Below the pieces are notes generated by a model. That model saw only the letters and a program-made list of their open reading frames with translations, was not told where the DNA came from and did no database searches. A DNA stretch of 64,000 bases from an uncultured Fibrobacterota bacterium. Its GTDB lineage: Bacteria > Fibrobacterota > Chitinivibrionia > Chitinivibrionales > FEN-1185. The position numbers and the translations under genes were made by a program. Of this stretch, positions 10,866 to 20,767 are shown in pieces. The stretch covers positions 192,001-256,000 of the forward strand of contig CAVWBU010000021.1 of the NCBI GenBank assembly GCA_963753345.1, given 5' to 3'. Each line of letters starts with the position of its first letter. Position 1 is the first letter of the stretch.

Positions 10866-11036
10866 CCCACGCGAGCGCATTCCTCGAAGCTTGCTTCAGG
10901 GCTGGCGAGCGACTATAGATATGTTTTATTCTATAGGGATGGAAAGATTCCTCGTCCCGCGGGACTGCGGGGTCTTTCAATACCATTATTGTACACAAAG
11001 CTGGTTGCCAAGGTGGACGGCCATGATTTAACGACG

Positions 11037-11333
11037 TTAGCCCCCAATATCTTCTGTTGGCAGGATTTGTTTAAAATGTCTTACCGTTACGATGGCGATT
11101 TGATTTTTCAGAACTCTGTAAATTATCCTATAATTTCCAAAGATAAGCTCTTTTATATCTTGCTGGGTTAGCTCCGGAACCTTCCTTCCAATGTGCGGCG
11201 CTGTTTCCAATATTTCAACTTTCTCAAATATTGTATCAACCCATTTCAATGCCGCTTTTTTGCTGTCCAAAGCAATAAAATCGGCTATTTCTTGAACACG
11301 TTGAAGTGCCAAAGGAGACCAGGAGATCTTCAT
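11037..11333 (-). CDS. Type II toxin, RelE/ParE family
   Basis: MKISWSPLA..IADFIA.D...P.IGRKVPE...YRIIYR. Confidence 0.9.
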   Translation of the reverse strand: MKISWSPLALQRVQEIADFIALDSKKAALKWVDTIFEKVEILETAPHIGRKVPELTQQDIKELIFGNYRIIYRVLKNQIAIVTVRHFKQILPTEDIGG

Positions 11334-11614
11334 TTTGTATATTTTGACCTGATGGTTTTGTGGGCTTCCGAATGAGTAATCCCTTTCCCTCCATCTATTT
11401 GTTTTGAGCCAAGTTCAACATCCTGAAGCAGCTCCAATTTTTCCACCATTGAGTCATACGCGGCGACATCGAGCAAAACGGCCGCACTCTTGCCATTTTG
11501 AGTTATCACCAAAGGTCTTTTGGTGTTATGAACTTGTGCAATGAATCCAGCCGCTTTGGACCTGAATTCCGAAACAGGATGCACATCCTCGGCAAACATA
11601 ATTCCTTTTGTCAT
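11330..11614 (-). CDS. Type II antitoxin, Phd/YefM family
   Basis: PVSEFR...RPLVITQNGKSAAVL; 4-bp overlap with the toxin. Confidence 0.9.
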   Translation of the reverse strand: MTKGIMFAEDVHPVSEFRSKAAGFIAQVHNTKRPLVITQNGKSAAVLLDVAAYDSMVEKLELLQDVELGSKQIDGGKGITHSEAHKTIRSKYTK

Positions 11615-11629
11615 AGGGGCTCCTTTAAT

Positions 11630-11680
11630 GGTACGTTATTACGTACCAATTATTATACACTATTCCGTACTATAGCGCAA
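11630..11680 (-). promoter_or_regulatory. Sigma70 promoter and palindromic operator of the TA operon
   Basis: TTGCGC-17 bp-TATAAT (11680-11652) and GGTACGT-n4-ACGTACC palindrome at 11630-11647. Confidence 0.7.
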
Positions 11681-11907
11681 GGCTTTTTCGGTATTATCGG
11701 GTTCGAACGCCGTATAGCGCTGCCGGTCGCTGCGACCGGTCATGTCTTGAACACGAAGTCTGGCCAGATTTCCATTTCTGGTTGTCTTCACTTGTCTTCC
11801 GTTATGAAGATACGCTGTGGAAAATGCATTCGTCCAGATCTTTCAGGGTTGTCTCCCATGCAGGGGAGAGAGGTAGATCATTTGCATGAAGTAAGAAATG
11901 GTGACAT

Positions 11908-12300
11908 GGATGATCCTGCCGCACTGCGGATTGTGGAAGGCGCAGGTGCGGCATCCGTCGCCGGAAGAGAATCCGCCGCCTGAAGCCTAGGCGTCTGGCC
12001 TCGATTACGGATTCACTTCGACGACGCTCAGTGCAGGCTTCGAGAAAACCTGCGCATGAAAAACCAGCCTTTTTTCAAACTTCGATCTTATTCCGGGAGA
12101 CCGGAATTCTCCGGTTTGACAATGGTTAGGGAGAACACCTATATTTTCCCTTGAAGCAGTTTGGTGTCCCGAAGGCGGAAGCGGGGGGATAGATGAGCGT
12201 CTGTGGAGCTTCGGCGACATCCCGTAACCTTCGGCGAAGGGGATAAAGAAACTTTCTTTGTACGCCCACCCGCTCGCGAAAAACAAATTACCTATCAGTA
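11908..12300 (+). mobile_element. Possible remnant 3' end of an IS91-like transposase element
   Basis: Short frame ILPHCGLWK..PPP then LDYGF/FEKTCA; end motif AACAAATTACCTATCA; recalled resemblance only. Confidence 0.35.
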
Positions 12301-12411
12301 TCGGTTGCCGGGATATTGACAGGAGCAATCATAGAGTGTACAATTTGGTTTCCTCTTGTTGTCGCCTGCGAGATGAATTGATTACTCTAGCGGCAGGGTG
12401 CCGAAGTCCAC

Positions 12412-13014
12412 ATGCGAAACATCTCTACTCTCGTTGCCGTTCTTGCTACGTTGGTTCTTGTTGCCTGTTGCGCCCATCTTAGGGGCGTCGAAATGGAATG
12501 GAGGTCGACAGACGATTCCGGGAACTATTCGCCGAGGAATCTCGCAAATTTCGCGGGGCGCACGTACAAACTGGACACGATTGAGGATTGCAGATCTGAG
12601 AAAAAAGATACAATCATTTGGACCGACCACGGCCCTCACACCTGGGACAACCGGCTTATCTACTGGGTAACAACTAAGACTGATATTCCTTCTTTCATCA
12701 TGACCAATTTTCCAAAGGTCTTTGCCATATTCGGTCTTTCTACCTCATCGTCGCCGACCTACGACTACAAGATATCCGGAAAACTTTTGCAATTTGAGGT
12801 GATCGAGAAAGACCTGTACAGAGGAAAAGTAATGATAGAATTCTCAATCCTCGACAAGAACAACGACACGCTTTCCAGGTGTACCGCCATCGGCACGTCA
12901 AACCGATTCGGCCGCGTCTACTCATACGACAATTACATGGAATGTCTTTCGAACGCGGTGAATGCTTGTTTCAATGATTTTCTGTCCAGGTGCGATATCC
13001 CAAAAAGGAAATGA
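12412..13014 (+). CDS. Putative lipoprotein
   Basis: Hydrophobic leader with LVAC lipobox. Confidence 0.7.
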   Translation: MRNISTLVAVLATLVLVACCAHLRGVEMEWRSTDDSGNYSPRNLANFAGRTYKLDTIEDCRSEKKDTIIWTDHGPHTWDNRLIYWVTTKTDIPSFIMTNFPKVFAIFGLSTSSSPTYDYKISGKLLQFEVIEKDLYRGKVMIEFSILDKNNDTLSRCTAIGTSNRFGRVYSYDNYMECLSNAVNACFNDFLSRCDIPKRK

Positions 13015-13237
13015 CTACACCCCTAAAGCAGCTCGCCTTCACTTCACGGTAGCAAACCCGGATCGCGGCCATCGTCCGGTGTCCCTAAGATACGCTTCGG
13101 AAAGCGCGCTCGTCCAGGGGCTTGCGGCAACCTCTCCGCAGTTGCAGACGTTCCTCATTTGACAATAGAGAGCGGAAATACCTATATTTTTTGCCGACGT
13201 CGGTCTCGCCGCACGCCGCAACGCTTCTGAGAGATCC

Positions 13238-14014
13238 ATGAAAAGAATATGCATCTATGCCCACTACGATTCCCGAGGCACGATAAAGGGGTATGTCCGC
13301 CATTGCCTGTCGAATATCCGGAACGAATTCGACGAACTTGTTTTCGTGACCTCCTCCACGCTGGGCCCGTTTGAAAAGAGCAAGATCGCCGGACTTTGCA
13401 CGGCCATACTGGAAGTGGAGAACATTGGCTTTGATTTTTATTCGTGGAAGAAGGGCATCGAAACGGTCCGGGAGCGTCTGAACACCTTCGACGCTCTTGT
13501 CCTCCTCAACTCAAGCGTTTTGGGGCCGGTTTCGCCGCTCGGCAATGTGTTTGCAAAAATGGAGGCGTCGCGTTGCGATTTCTGGGGTATGACGGAGTGC
13601 TTTCTCGTGCGACACCATTTGCAAAGCTACTTTCTCTGCTGCAACGGGCGGATGTGCTCGTCGCGCGCGTTTCGCGAGTATTGGTCGGCGCTCGAACCGC
13701 TGGCTGTCAAGGAGAAAGTGATAAGCGAATACGAAACAGCGTTTACCAGGCATTTCGCGCGCCGTGGTTTCAAGAAGGGCGTCGCCTTCCCGGTGGGAAT
13801 GTTCATTCCCCTTTGGAAACGGATCCTCGACAAAAACCTTGCCAAACGCAACACCACGCTCGTGTTTGCCCCCGAACTGCTGGAGGCGGGAATGCCTTTT
13901 GTCAAGATTCAGCTCTTGGCGTCAAACCCCTTTGGAGCGGATCTGCCGCGCCTCAGGGCATTACTCGAGCAGCGATATCCGGCGGAATACCTCGCCGAGG
14001 CGTGCACGAAATAG
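13238..14014 (+). CDS. Rhamnan synthesis F (RgpF)-like protein
   Basis: IYAHYD, ENIGFDFYSWK, LLNSSVLGP, DFWGMT, HLQSYF, MPFVK. Confidence 0.82.
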   Translation: MKRICIYAHYDSRGTIKGYVRHCLSNIRNEFDELVFVTSSTLGPFEKSKIAGLCTAILEVENIGFDFYSWKKGIETVRERLNTFDALVLLNSSVLGPVSPLGNVFAKMEASRCDFWGMTECFLVRHHLQSYFLCCNGRMCSSRAFREYWSALEPLAVKEKVISEYETAFTRHFARRGFKKGVAFPVGMFIPLWKRILDKNLAKRNTTLVFAPELLEAGMPFVKIQLLASNPFGADLPRLRALLEQRYPAEYLAEACTK

Positions 14015-14176
14015 GCCCCGCGCGGGCCTTTTGCGCCGACGCTGAAGGCTGTGCGTGACAGGATAACAACCGTATCGGGAAGGTCGGTGTGCGGAGCAGC
14101 GGTGACGCCGGGGATTTATATCGACGGGAACAATAAAAGGGTGAGGATCGGGCAGGGCGGCAAGTAGCAACAATCG

Positions 14177-15457
14177 CTACTTTGTTTCATTCAAGGTGAA
14201 GCTCCTCACCGTATCCTTCGGCTTCTTCCCCTTGTAAAATTCCCGCCACGCAAAGTAGAACGCGTCGAGGAGTTCCGATTCGGAAAAGTTCTTCGGCTTG
14301 AAAACCACGTTGGCATGATTCCACAGAGAGTAATTCCTGTGCAGCAGCCTGTTCTCACGGACCACCTGCTCACCGAACTTTGTGCCGGGAAACGGGGTCG
14401 GAATGTAGAATTCCGCAAGGTCAATCGCCGCGTCACGGGTGAAGGCAAGGATGCGCTCGGCCACGCCTTTGTCCTGGTTGTCGAAACCGATGCCGAACGA
14501 CCCGAAGAAATGGATGCCGCTGTCTTCGATCATGCGCACGAGGTTCACGGCTGCCGACCACTGCTCTTTGGGGCACTCCTTGTCAAACAGCGTTTGCGAA
14601 ATCCGGTCGAACCCGAACACGGTGTAGATCGAGGCCGTGCCGCCGGCTGCGAGCTTCCGGTAAAACGCGGGGTCGGGCGCCATCATCATGGTGGAGGAGA
14701 GGAATATCTTTATGTCGCCCAGTTCCGCGGTGCGCTCCATGATCGACAGAAGGAATTTTGCGGGTTTCTTGCCGGGGAGCATCACCGTGTCGTCGGTGAA
14801 GTAGAATTCGCGAAAGGGCATGGAGGCGATGTCGGCCAGTATGTGGTCGACCGGCCGCAGCCGAAACAGGGTTCCGCCCATGTAGGGAACCGGGCATCCC
14901 GCGCATGGCGCGGGGCAGCCGCGCATCACCTGCACAAGGTGCGCCTTCCATCGGTACTTGTCGGGCGAGAAAATGCCGCGCTTGGGAATGGGCATCTTTG
15001 ACAGATCGTAATAGGAGCCCGCTTGGTAGCGTTTTTTAAGCGATCCTTGCGCGGCGTCCTTAAGGATGTCGCTCCACACCAGCTCCGCCTCGCCCACGCA
15101 CACCGAATCCGCATGGAGCAGCGCCTCGTCGGCCATTGCGGTCGGGTGGATGCCGCCGATCACGGTTTTTGTTCCGCGCCTGCGGAACCCGTCGGCGATC
15201 TCGTAGGCGCGCTGCGCCTGCGGGGTAAAGCAGCTTATCACAACGAGGTCGATCTTTTCGTCGAAATCGACGGGGGAGATGTTGTCGTCCGTCAAGGCAA
15301 CGTCGATCGAATCCGGCGTGAGCGCCGCAACAATCGGCAGGGCGAGCGACGGCGGCATGGTGTAGTCGCCGATCACATGGTCTTTGAGTTCCTCCCGAAG
15401 GGACCGATGGTCTTCGAGGAACTTCTTGAATTTCGGATATATGAGCCGCAGTTTCAT
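14177..15457 (-). CDS. B12-binding-domain radical SAM protein
   Basis: N-terminal PPSLALP..AALTP, IGGIHPT; CxxxCxxC (RGCPAPCAGC); TPFPGT. Confidence 0.88.
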   Translation of the reverse strand: MKLRLIYPKFKKFLEDHRSLREELKDHVIGDYTMPPSLALPIVAALTPDSIDVALTDDNISPVDFDEKIDLVVISCFTPQAQRAYEIADGFRRRGTKTVIGGIHPTAMADEALLHADSVCVGEAELVWSDILKDAAQGSLKKRYQAGSYYDLSKMPIPKRGIFSPDKYRWKAHLVQVMRGCPAPCAGCPVPYMGGTLFRLRPVDHILADIASMPFREFYFTDDTVMLPGKKPAKFLLSIMERTAELGDIKIFLSSTMMMAPDPAFYRKLAAGGTASIYTVFGFDRISQTLFDKECPKEQWSAAVNLVRMIEDSGIHFFGSFGIGFDNQDKGVAERILAFTRDAAIDLAEFYIPTPFPGTKFGEQVVRENRLLHRNYSLWNHANVVFKPKNFSESELLDAFYFAWREFYKGKKPKDTVRSFTLNETK

Positions 15458-15461
15458 AGTT

Positions 15462-16892
15462 TTATTCCTGCTTCAGTATCATATCCGCCACTGCCTTGCC
15501 GCTCGACATCACATTGTAAATCCCGCCGCCCGCCTTTGTCCAATGCCCGGCCTGATAGAGATTGGGAATATACGTTGTAAACGGCAGCTTGGATCGTCCG
15601 TACAGGTCGCTGGTGTTCTCGAACCCGTACAGGGCGCCGGCCGTGTTGCCCGTGTAGCGTTCGAACGTGTCCGGTGATGCGACTTCGCAGACGCGGATTT
15701 TCGGGGTAAAGTCGCCGAGGAGTTCCTTCGCCTTTTGAATCATGGCGTCGGCGATGCGTTTCTTTTCGTCGTGCCACGCGATGCCCGGCTGCTGCTTCAC
15801 AAGATGGATGAGCGTGATGCATGCGCCGCGGCCCGGGTCAGGCGGTCTTGCAATCACCAGATGGTCGATGTCGGCGGGAAGGCCGCTTCTGATGCGGCGG
15901 TAGATGGCGTCGTGATCGTTCGATCCGAACCACAGGGTAATGTTTTGTTCCGCTATGCCGGCCGCGTCGCCTTCCACGCCGAGGTAAACGCACACCGCGG
16001 ACACCGACGGCGAAAGGTTTTCCAGCCGGCGCAGCCAGAGCGCCTTGCGCGACGGTTCGGGAACGAGCGTGCGATGCAGAAGATAGGGGCTGATGTTCGA
16101 AACGAAAACTCGGGCGGTAATCTCCTCCCCGCGGTCGCCTACGGCGGCGACCACCCTGCCGTGCTCCATCCTGAGAGAGCGGACCGGCCACGACGTGCGC
16201 ACCTCGCCGCCGCAAGAGGTGACCGCGGCCGAAAGCGCCTGCGCGAGCGCGGCGAACCCGCCTTTGACATAATGCGATCCATCACAGGCGTGGGCGATGA
16301 AGATGAACGCGTTGTAGAACGGGGCGATCGACGGCGATGACCCGCCGAACGGCCAGATCGAACCCAGAAGGAACCGCAGCCGCGGGTCGGCAACGAAATG
16401 CTCGATGTACTCCTTGTACGAACCCGCGGCGCTGACGCCGGGGGACGCGAGTGAGGCCTCGCCGCCCGCGAGATTCCCCTTGTACTGCGTAAACAGCCGC
16501 CGCATGTCGTCAAGAATCGCCCGCACGGCAGTGCGTTCATGCGGGAAGTCGCGGCACAGGGAATCCGTGAGCCCGGCCATGTCTGCGGGGAGCGTGTACG
16601 AAAAACCCGGCGAAAGAACGCGGGCCGTGCTGGTGTTCGGGACGATGTCGAGTTTTTTTCGGACGCCGAGCTGCGCAAGCAGCCCGGATACGAAACCGCT
16701 ATCGCCCATGGAGACCGAATGGACCGAGGAATCGAACGTGAAGGAGTTGCGGGAGAATTCCTGCGCGCAGCCGCCGATCCGGGAAAATCGCTCCAGCACC
16801 GCCGTGCGCATGCCCTGCCGCGACAGGAGCGCCGCGCAGGTGAGCCCGCCGATGCCGGATCCGATGACCGCTGCGTCGAAGTCAGTTGACAA
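15462..16892 (-). CDS. Phytoene desaturase (CrtI)-family FAD oxidoreductase
   Basis: TTG start; VIGSGIGGL..AA.L, IGGCA, SPDTFERYTGN..GALYG, LYQAGHW..GGG. Confidence 0.88.
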   Translation of the reverse strand: MSTDFDAAVIGSGIGGLTCAALLSRQGMRTAVLERFSRIGGCAQEFSRNSFTFDSSVHSVSMGDSGFVSGLLAQLGVRKKLDIVPNTSTARVLSPGFSYTLPADMAGLTDSLCRDFPHERTAVRAILDDMRRLFTQYKGNLAGGEASLASPGVSAAGSYKEYIEHFVADPRLRFLLGSIWPFGGSSPSIAPFYNAFIFIAHACDGSHYVKGGFAALAQALSAAVTSCGGEVRTSWPVRSLRMEHGRVVAAVGDRGEEITARVFVSNISPYLLHRTLVPEPSRKALWLRRLENLSPSVSAVCVYLGVEGDAAGIAEQNITLWFGSNDHDAIYRRIRSGLPADIDHLVIARPPDPGRGACITLIHLVKQQPGIAWHDEKKRIADAMIQKAKELLGDFTPKIRVCEVASPDTFERYTGNTAGALYGFENTSDLYGRSKLPFTTYIPNLYQAGHWTKAGGGIYNVMSSGKAVADMILKQE

Positions 16893-17757
16893 AGGGAATT
16901 TCCTCGTGGAGAAAGTACCATTGGGCGCACCGGGTTCCGAGCAGCGGCTCCAGGTCGTTGTACAGGGACTGGACCAGCATCGGGTCGTCGGCATCGAGCC
17001 GGTGAAGGCGGAGTTCGAATCGCTCGTCGTCTCCCCTCTCGGCAAAGGCGGTGAAAACACGGGCTCCCGGCTGCGCGAATCGCACCAGCCTGTCCAGGCC
17101 GGCGCCGCCCCACACCTGCCTGCGCAAGAGGGTCACCGGCAGCGAGTACGGCGTCTTTTCGTCGAAGACCGCAAGCAGAACGCCGCCGCGCCTGAGCACC
17201 GCGGCCATGTCGAGCGCCGCCGGCCGGTCCGACCCTATTTCGATGAAATTGACAGGAGCGAACATGCCGGACGCCGCCATTGCGCCGCTGCGCGCGCGGG
17301 CCGCATCCGCGAGGCCCGGGGTCGCAAAGCGCAGCGCGCCGGTGACGGGAATGCCGCGGGCCGCGAGCGCCGGGGCGATGCATTCAACCGCGCCGAAGTG
17401 GCACACCGCGATCACGACGCCGCTTGTGCTTCCCGCGTCGGCCGCAAGCGTTTCGAATTCCGGCGGCATGGCGATACGCTCGGTGAGATAGCGGTGGTAG
17501 TCGCCGGGCGAAAGGCACAGCGGCAGCATTTTTTCGTAGTAGTGCAGCAGGACGTTGTTCTGGATTTCGCGGACGAGCGCGCCGGTGGCGGGGATGGAAA
17601 AGGCCCTGAGGTTCCGTGCGATTACCATGGACTCCTCCGGGTATGCGTCGAACCATTCTCTCCCCTTTGTGAAGATCAGGCTGCGCAGCTCCTCCCTGCT
17701 TTTTCTGGGCAGCGACGCGAGAAAATCCGGTGATTGGAGGAAACCTGAGAGTTTCAT
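16882..17757 (-). CDS. LpxL/lysophospholipid acyltransferase-like protein
   Basis: HFGAVE (HxxxxE) motif; C-terminal QWYFLH. Confidence 0.7.
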   Translation of the reverse strand: MKLSGFLQSPDFLASLPRKSREELRSLIFTKGREWFDAYPEESMVIARNLRAFSIPATGALVREIQNNVLLHYYEKMLPLCLSPGDYHRYLTERIAMPPEFETLAADAGSTSGVVIAVCHFGAVECIAPALAARGIPVTGALRFATPGLADAARARSGAMAASGMFAPVNFIEIGSDRPAALDMAAVLRRGGVLLAVFDEKTPYSLPVTLLRRQVWGGAGLDRLVRFAQPGARVFTAFAERGDDERFELRLHRLDADDPMLVQSLYNDLEPLLGTRCAQWYFLHEEIPFVN

Positions 17758-17857
17758 AGGGTTCAAAAATGGATGGCGGCGCCGAAAAAAGCAAAGCGTC
17801 GGCCCTCAATCATGCGCGCCTTACGCCCGGGAGGGAAGGGCGCAGCAGGCTCCACGG

Positions 17858-18118
17858 TCATTTCTTTTGGGCCAGGTACTTTTCAACGGTCGCGGTACAC
17901 TTGTCGATGGTAACGATATTGGGGAATTCGGTCTCGGGGATCGTGATGCCGAATTTTTTTTCCATGGTTGCCAAAACCTCGAGGAGCGCCATTGAATCGA
18001 GGCCCATGTCGTTGATGAAATGCGCATCGTCGGTGATCTTCTCTTCGCTTATCTCCATGTCTTCCGCGATTTCCTTGATCAGGTCGCGTATGGTTGCCTT
18101 GATGTCGGCCGAATTCAT
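17858..18118 (-). CDS. Acyl carrier protein
   Basis: DMGLDSMALLE..EKKFGI; GGGAG RBS. Confidence 0.92.
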   Translation of the reverse strand: MNSADIKATIRDLIKEIAEDMEISEEKITDDAHFINDMGLDSMALLEVLATMEKKFGITIPETEFPNIVTIDKCTATVEKYLAQKK

Positions 18119-18207
18119 CAGCTCTCCCTTACATGGTGATGGTATGGCAGCCCGCAGGCGCCCCCGCTCCTGCGCCAGAAGCAATAAAATATAATATGTG
18201 TTCGGCC

Positions 18208-19407
18208 TTAATTTCTGTTTTTGAGAAGAATACTTCCGCAATACCCGTCGCATGAAAAGGAGTTTACGAGCGCATATTCGGCCGACACGGCATGCCGCGT
18301 GTCGGCCACGAGGTCGATCTCGCGGCACAGCGCATAGCGGCCGCCGGTCCCGCTGATCCTGGTATGCTTCAGGTCGCTCAGGGCGCAGGCAAGGGAAACG
18401 CACGGCGAGGCGCCGATGCATTCGCCGGTTTTCGCCTTGTAAGCGGCAACCGGTGTCGCGGGCAGCAGTTCTTCGAGCGCGAGCGCTTCCATTCCGTCGG
18501 CTGCGGCAACGCCGTTTGCGCTTGCGGCCACGAACCCCACGGCCGATAGGGGAATGCCCGCATCTGCGCAGGCCTGTTTCATCGCATGGCGGGCGCCGTC
18601 GCCGCCGGGGTTGAAGCCGCCCGGACCTCTCTTAGGATCGAAGCAGCTGGCAATGCCCGCGATCTCCGCGACAGGAACCGCGCCGCGCGCCTTTGCGGAT
18701 TCCTCTGTTTCAAGACAGAAAACCGCGCAGCCTTCGCCCGCTACGGTGCCGCCCCCGTCCTTTGCAAACGGCAGGAGCGTTCCTGTTGCAGAAAGAAGCC
18801 CTGTCCTTTCGAGCCCCACGATACCGTAATAGCTTATTTCCTCGAGCCCGCCCGCGATAAGGCACTGTTCGTAGCCGCGACGCAGGAACATGATCGCGTA
18901 GGCCAGCGCGTCGAGCCCGGCATTGAAGGTTGTTGAGACGGTTGAACTGAGAGCGCGAGCGGCGTAGCGGATGTTCGCGTTGGAGGCGGGTGAATTGATG
19001 ACCGTATTGGCGAACGCCTGCGGGTTGACATTGTGCGACCCATTGACAATTGCGTCGGACAAAAAGTCGCCGATGCTGGCGACGCTGCCGAACGCCGTGC
19101 CCACGCAAAGGCCGGGCTTGCGGCCGTCCGGCGCGGATTCGAACAGCCCCTTGCACCCCAGTTCGACGGCCGACAGCAGGAGCTTGGTCGCCCGGTCCTT
19201 GGTGCGCAGGCCTTTCTTTCCGAGAATCGCCTCCGGGTCGAAATTGCCTATCGCGAAGGCCTGCCGCGCTTCGGGAAGCGAGTGGAATTCGAAGTCCTTC
19301 ACCGCGGCTGTCTTCGGCGGCGCAAGGAGCGAGGCGGCCATTGCATCCGGGCTTGTGCCCAGACAGGTTACTGCGGCCGCGTGTGTTATGACGATGTTCG
19401 TGTCCAT
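18208..19407 (-). CDS. Ketosynthase-like protein lacking catalytic residues (chain-length-factor-like)
   Basis: KS fold motifs (GEGCA, NSFS) but STTFNAG replaces TACAAG and ASANG replaces AHGTG. Confidence 0.8.
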   Translation of the reverse strand: MDTNIVITHAAAVTCLGTSPDAMAASLLAPPKTAAVKDFEFHSLPEARQAFAIGNFDPEAILGKKGLRTKDRATKLLLSAVELGCKGLFESAPDGRKPGLCVGTAFGSVASIGDFLSDAIVNGSHNVNPQAFANTVINSPASNANIRYAARALSSTVSTTFNAGLDALAYAIMFLRRGYEQCLIAGGLEEISYYGIVGLERTGLLSATGTLLPFAKDGGGTVAGEGCAVFCLETEESAKARGAVPVAEIAGIASCFDPKRGPGGFNPGGDGARHAMKQACADAGIPLSAVGFVAASANGVAAADGMEALALEELLPATPVAAYKAKTGECIGASPCVSLACALSDLKHTRISGTGGRYALCREIDLVADTRHAVSAEYALVNSFSCDGYCGSILLKNRN

Positions 19408-19416
19408 GCTTCCGCC

Positions 19417-20646
19417 TTATCCCCCGAATTTTCCGAGAACAAGCGTGGAATTGTTGCCGCCGAACGCATACGCGTTCGAGACCGCGACCCGCACCTCGGC
19501 GTTGCGCGCGGTATTGGGCACATAGTCAAGGTCGCAGTCGGGGTCCGGCTCGCGGTAATTGATGGTCGGCAGAATAACGCCCCGGTTGACCATAAGGGCG
19601 CAGGCCGCGGCCTCTATGGCCGAGGCCGCGCCCATGGTATGGCCGATCATGGACTTAATTGACGATACGGGAATCGATTTCGCCCTGTTGCCGAACACGG
19701 CCTTGATGATAAGCGTTTCGGTCTTGTCGTTTTCCTCGGTCCCGGTGCCGTGGGCGCTTATGTAGTCGACGCTTTCGGGCGTTACGGCCGCGTTGGCAAG
19801 CGCCCTTTTCAGGGCAAGGATGCCGCCGCTGCCGGAAGGGTCGGGGATGGTCATCTTGAACGCGTCGCACCCGAGGCCGTAGCCGAGGACCTCGGCGTAG
19901 AGTCTTGCGCCGCGGCTCTTCGCATGAGTCAATGATTCGAGCGCAAGCACGCCCGCGCCTTCGCCCACGCACATGCCGTCGCGGTTTTTGTCGAACGGTC
20001 TGCACAGGTCCTTTGCGGTGGCCATCAGGCGGTTGAACCCGGTGAACGCGATTTTCGAAATCGGGTCGCTGCCGCCGGCGATCGCCACGTCGACAATCCC
20101 GGTGGCGATGAGGTCGAATGCGTAACCGATAGCGTAATTGCCCGCGGCGCAGGCCGTGGGGATCATGATGACCGGTCCGCAAGCCCCCACGCTCCGGGCC
20201 ACGTTTGCGGAAATGACGCCGCACGGGTACTGGGCAGGAAGGTCGGCCGGAACAGCGCCGGGAGCGCCCTGGCCGCGGTACAGCATCTCGATTCCCTGTT
20301 CGAGTATCTGCGGTTCGCCCATAGTGGTGCCCATGCTCACCGCCACGCGGTACGGGTCGAGTTTCAGTTTGTCAAGGCCGGCGTCGCCGAGCGCCATCTT
20401 CGCCGCGGCGCAGGCAAACTGGCTCGAGCGTCCCATGGATGAAATCTGCTGCGGCGAGAGAAATGCGGCGGGTGAGAAGTCCTTCACCTCGGCGCCCACG
20501 CTGGTGCGAAAGCCTGACGTATCAAAGGCGGTGATGGGCGCGATTCCGTTAATGCCTTTGCACGCGGCATTCCAGAATGCTTCGGTGCCTGTGCCGATGG
20601 GGGAGACGACACCCAGTCCTGTGACGACAATCCTGTCTTTTTTCAT
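19417..20646 (-). CDS. fabF: Beta-ketoacyl-ACP synthase (FabF-like)
   Basis: TACAAG, SAHGTGT, KSMIGHTMGA, NAYAFGGNN. Confidence 0.93.
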   Translation of the reverse strand: MKKDRIVVTGLGVVSPIGTGTEAFWNAACKGINGIAPITAFDTSGFRTSVGAEVKDFSPAAFLSPQQISSMGRSSQFACAAAKMALGDAGLDKLKLDPYRVAVSMGTTMGEPQILEQGIEMLYRGQGAPGAVPADLPAQYPCGVISANVARSVGACGPVIMIPTACAAGNYAIGYAFDLIATGIVDVAIAGGSDPISKIAFTGFNRLMATAKDLCRPFDKNRDGMCVGEGAGVLALESLTHAKSRGARLYAEVLGYGLGCDAFKMTIPDPSGSGGILALKRALANAAVTPESVDYISAHGTGTEENDKTETLIIKAVFGNRAKSIPVSSIKSMIGHTMGAASAIEAAACALMVNRGVILPTINYREPDPDCDLDYVPNTARNAEVRVAVSNAYAFGGNNSTLVLGKFGG

Positions 20647-20767
20647 GAGGCCTGTTCAGATGGAACGATAAACGACAAAAAACGGGCGCGTGCCCGAAGA
20701 AAAGGGCAAAATGCGGCTAAACTTCTAAAATAGTAAAAATAAAGGCGTGATTCAACACAAAGAATAA

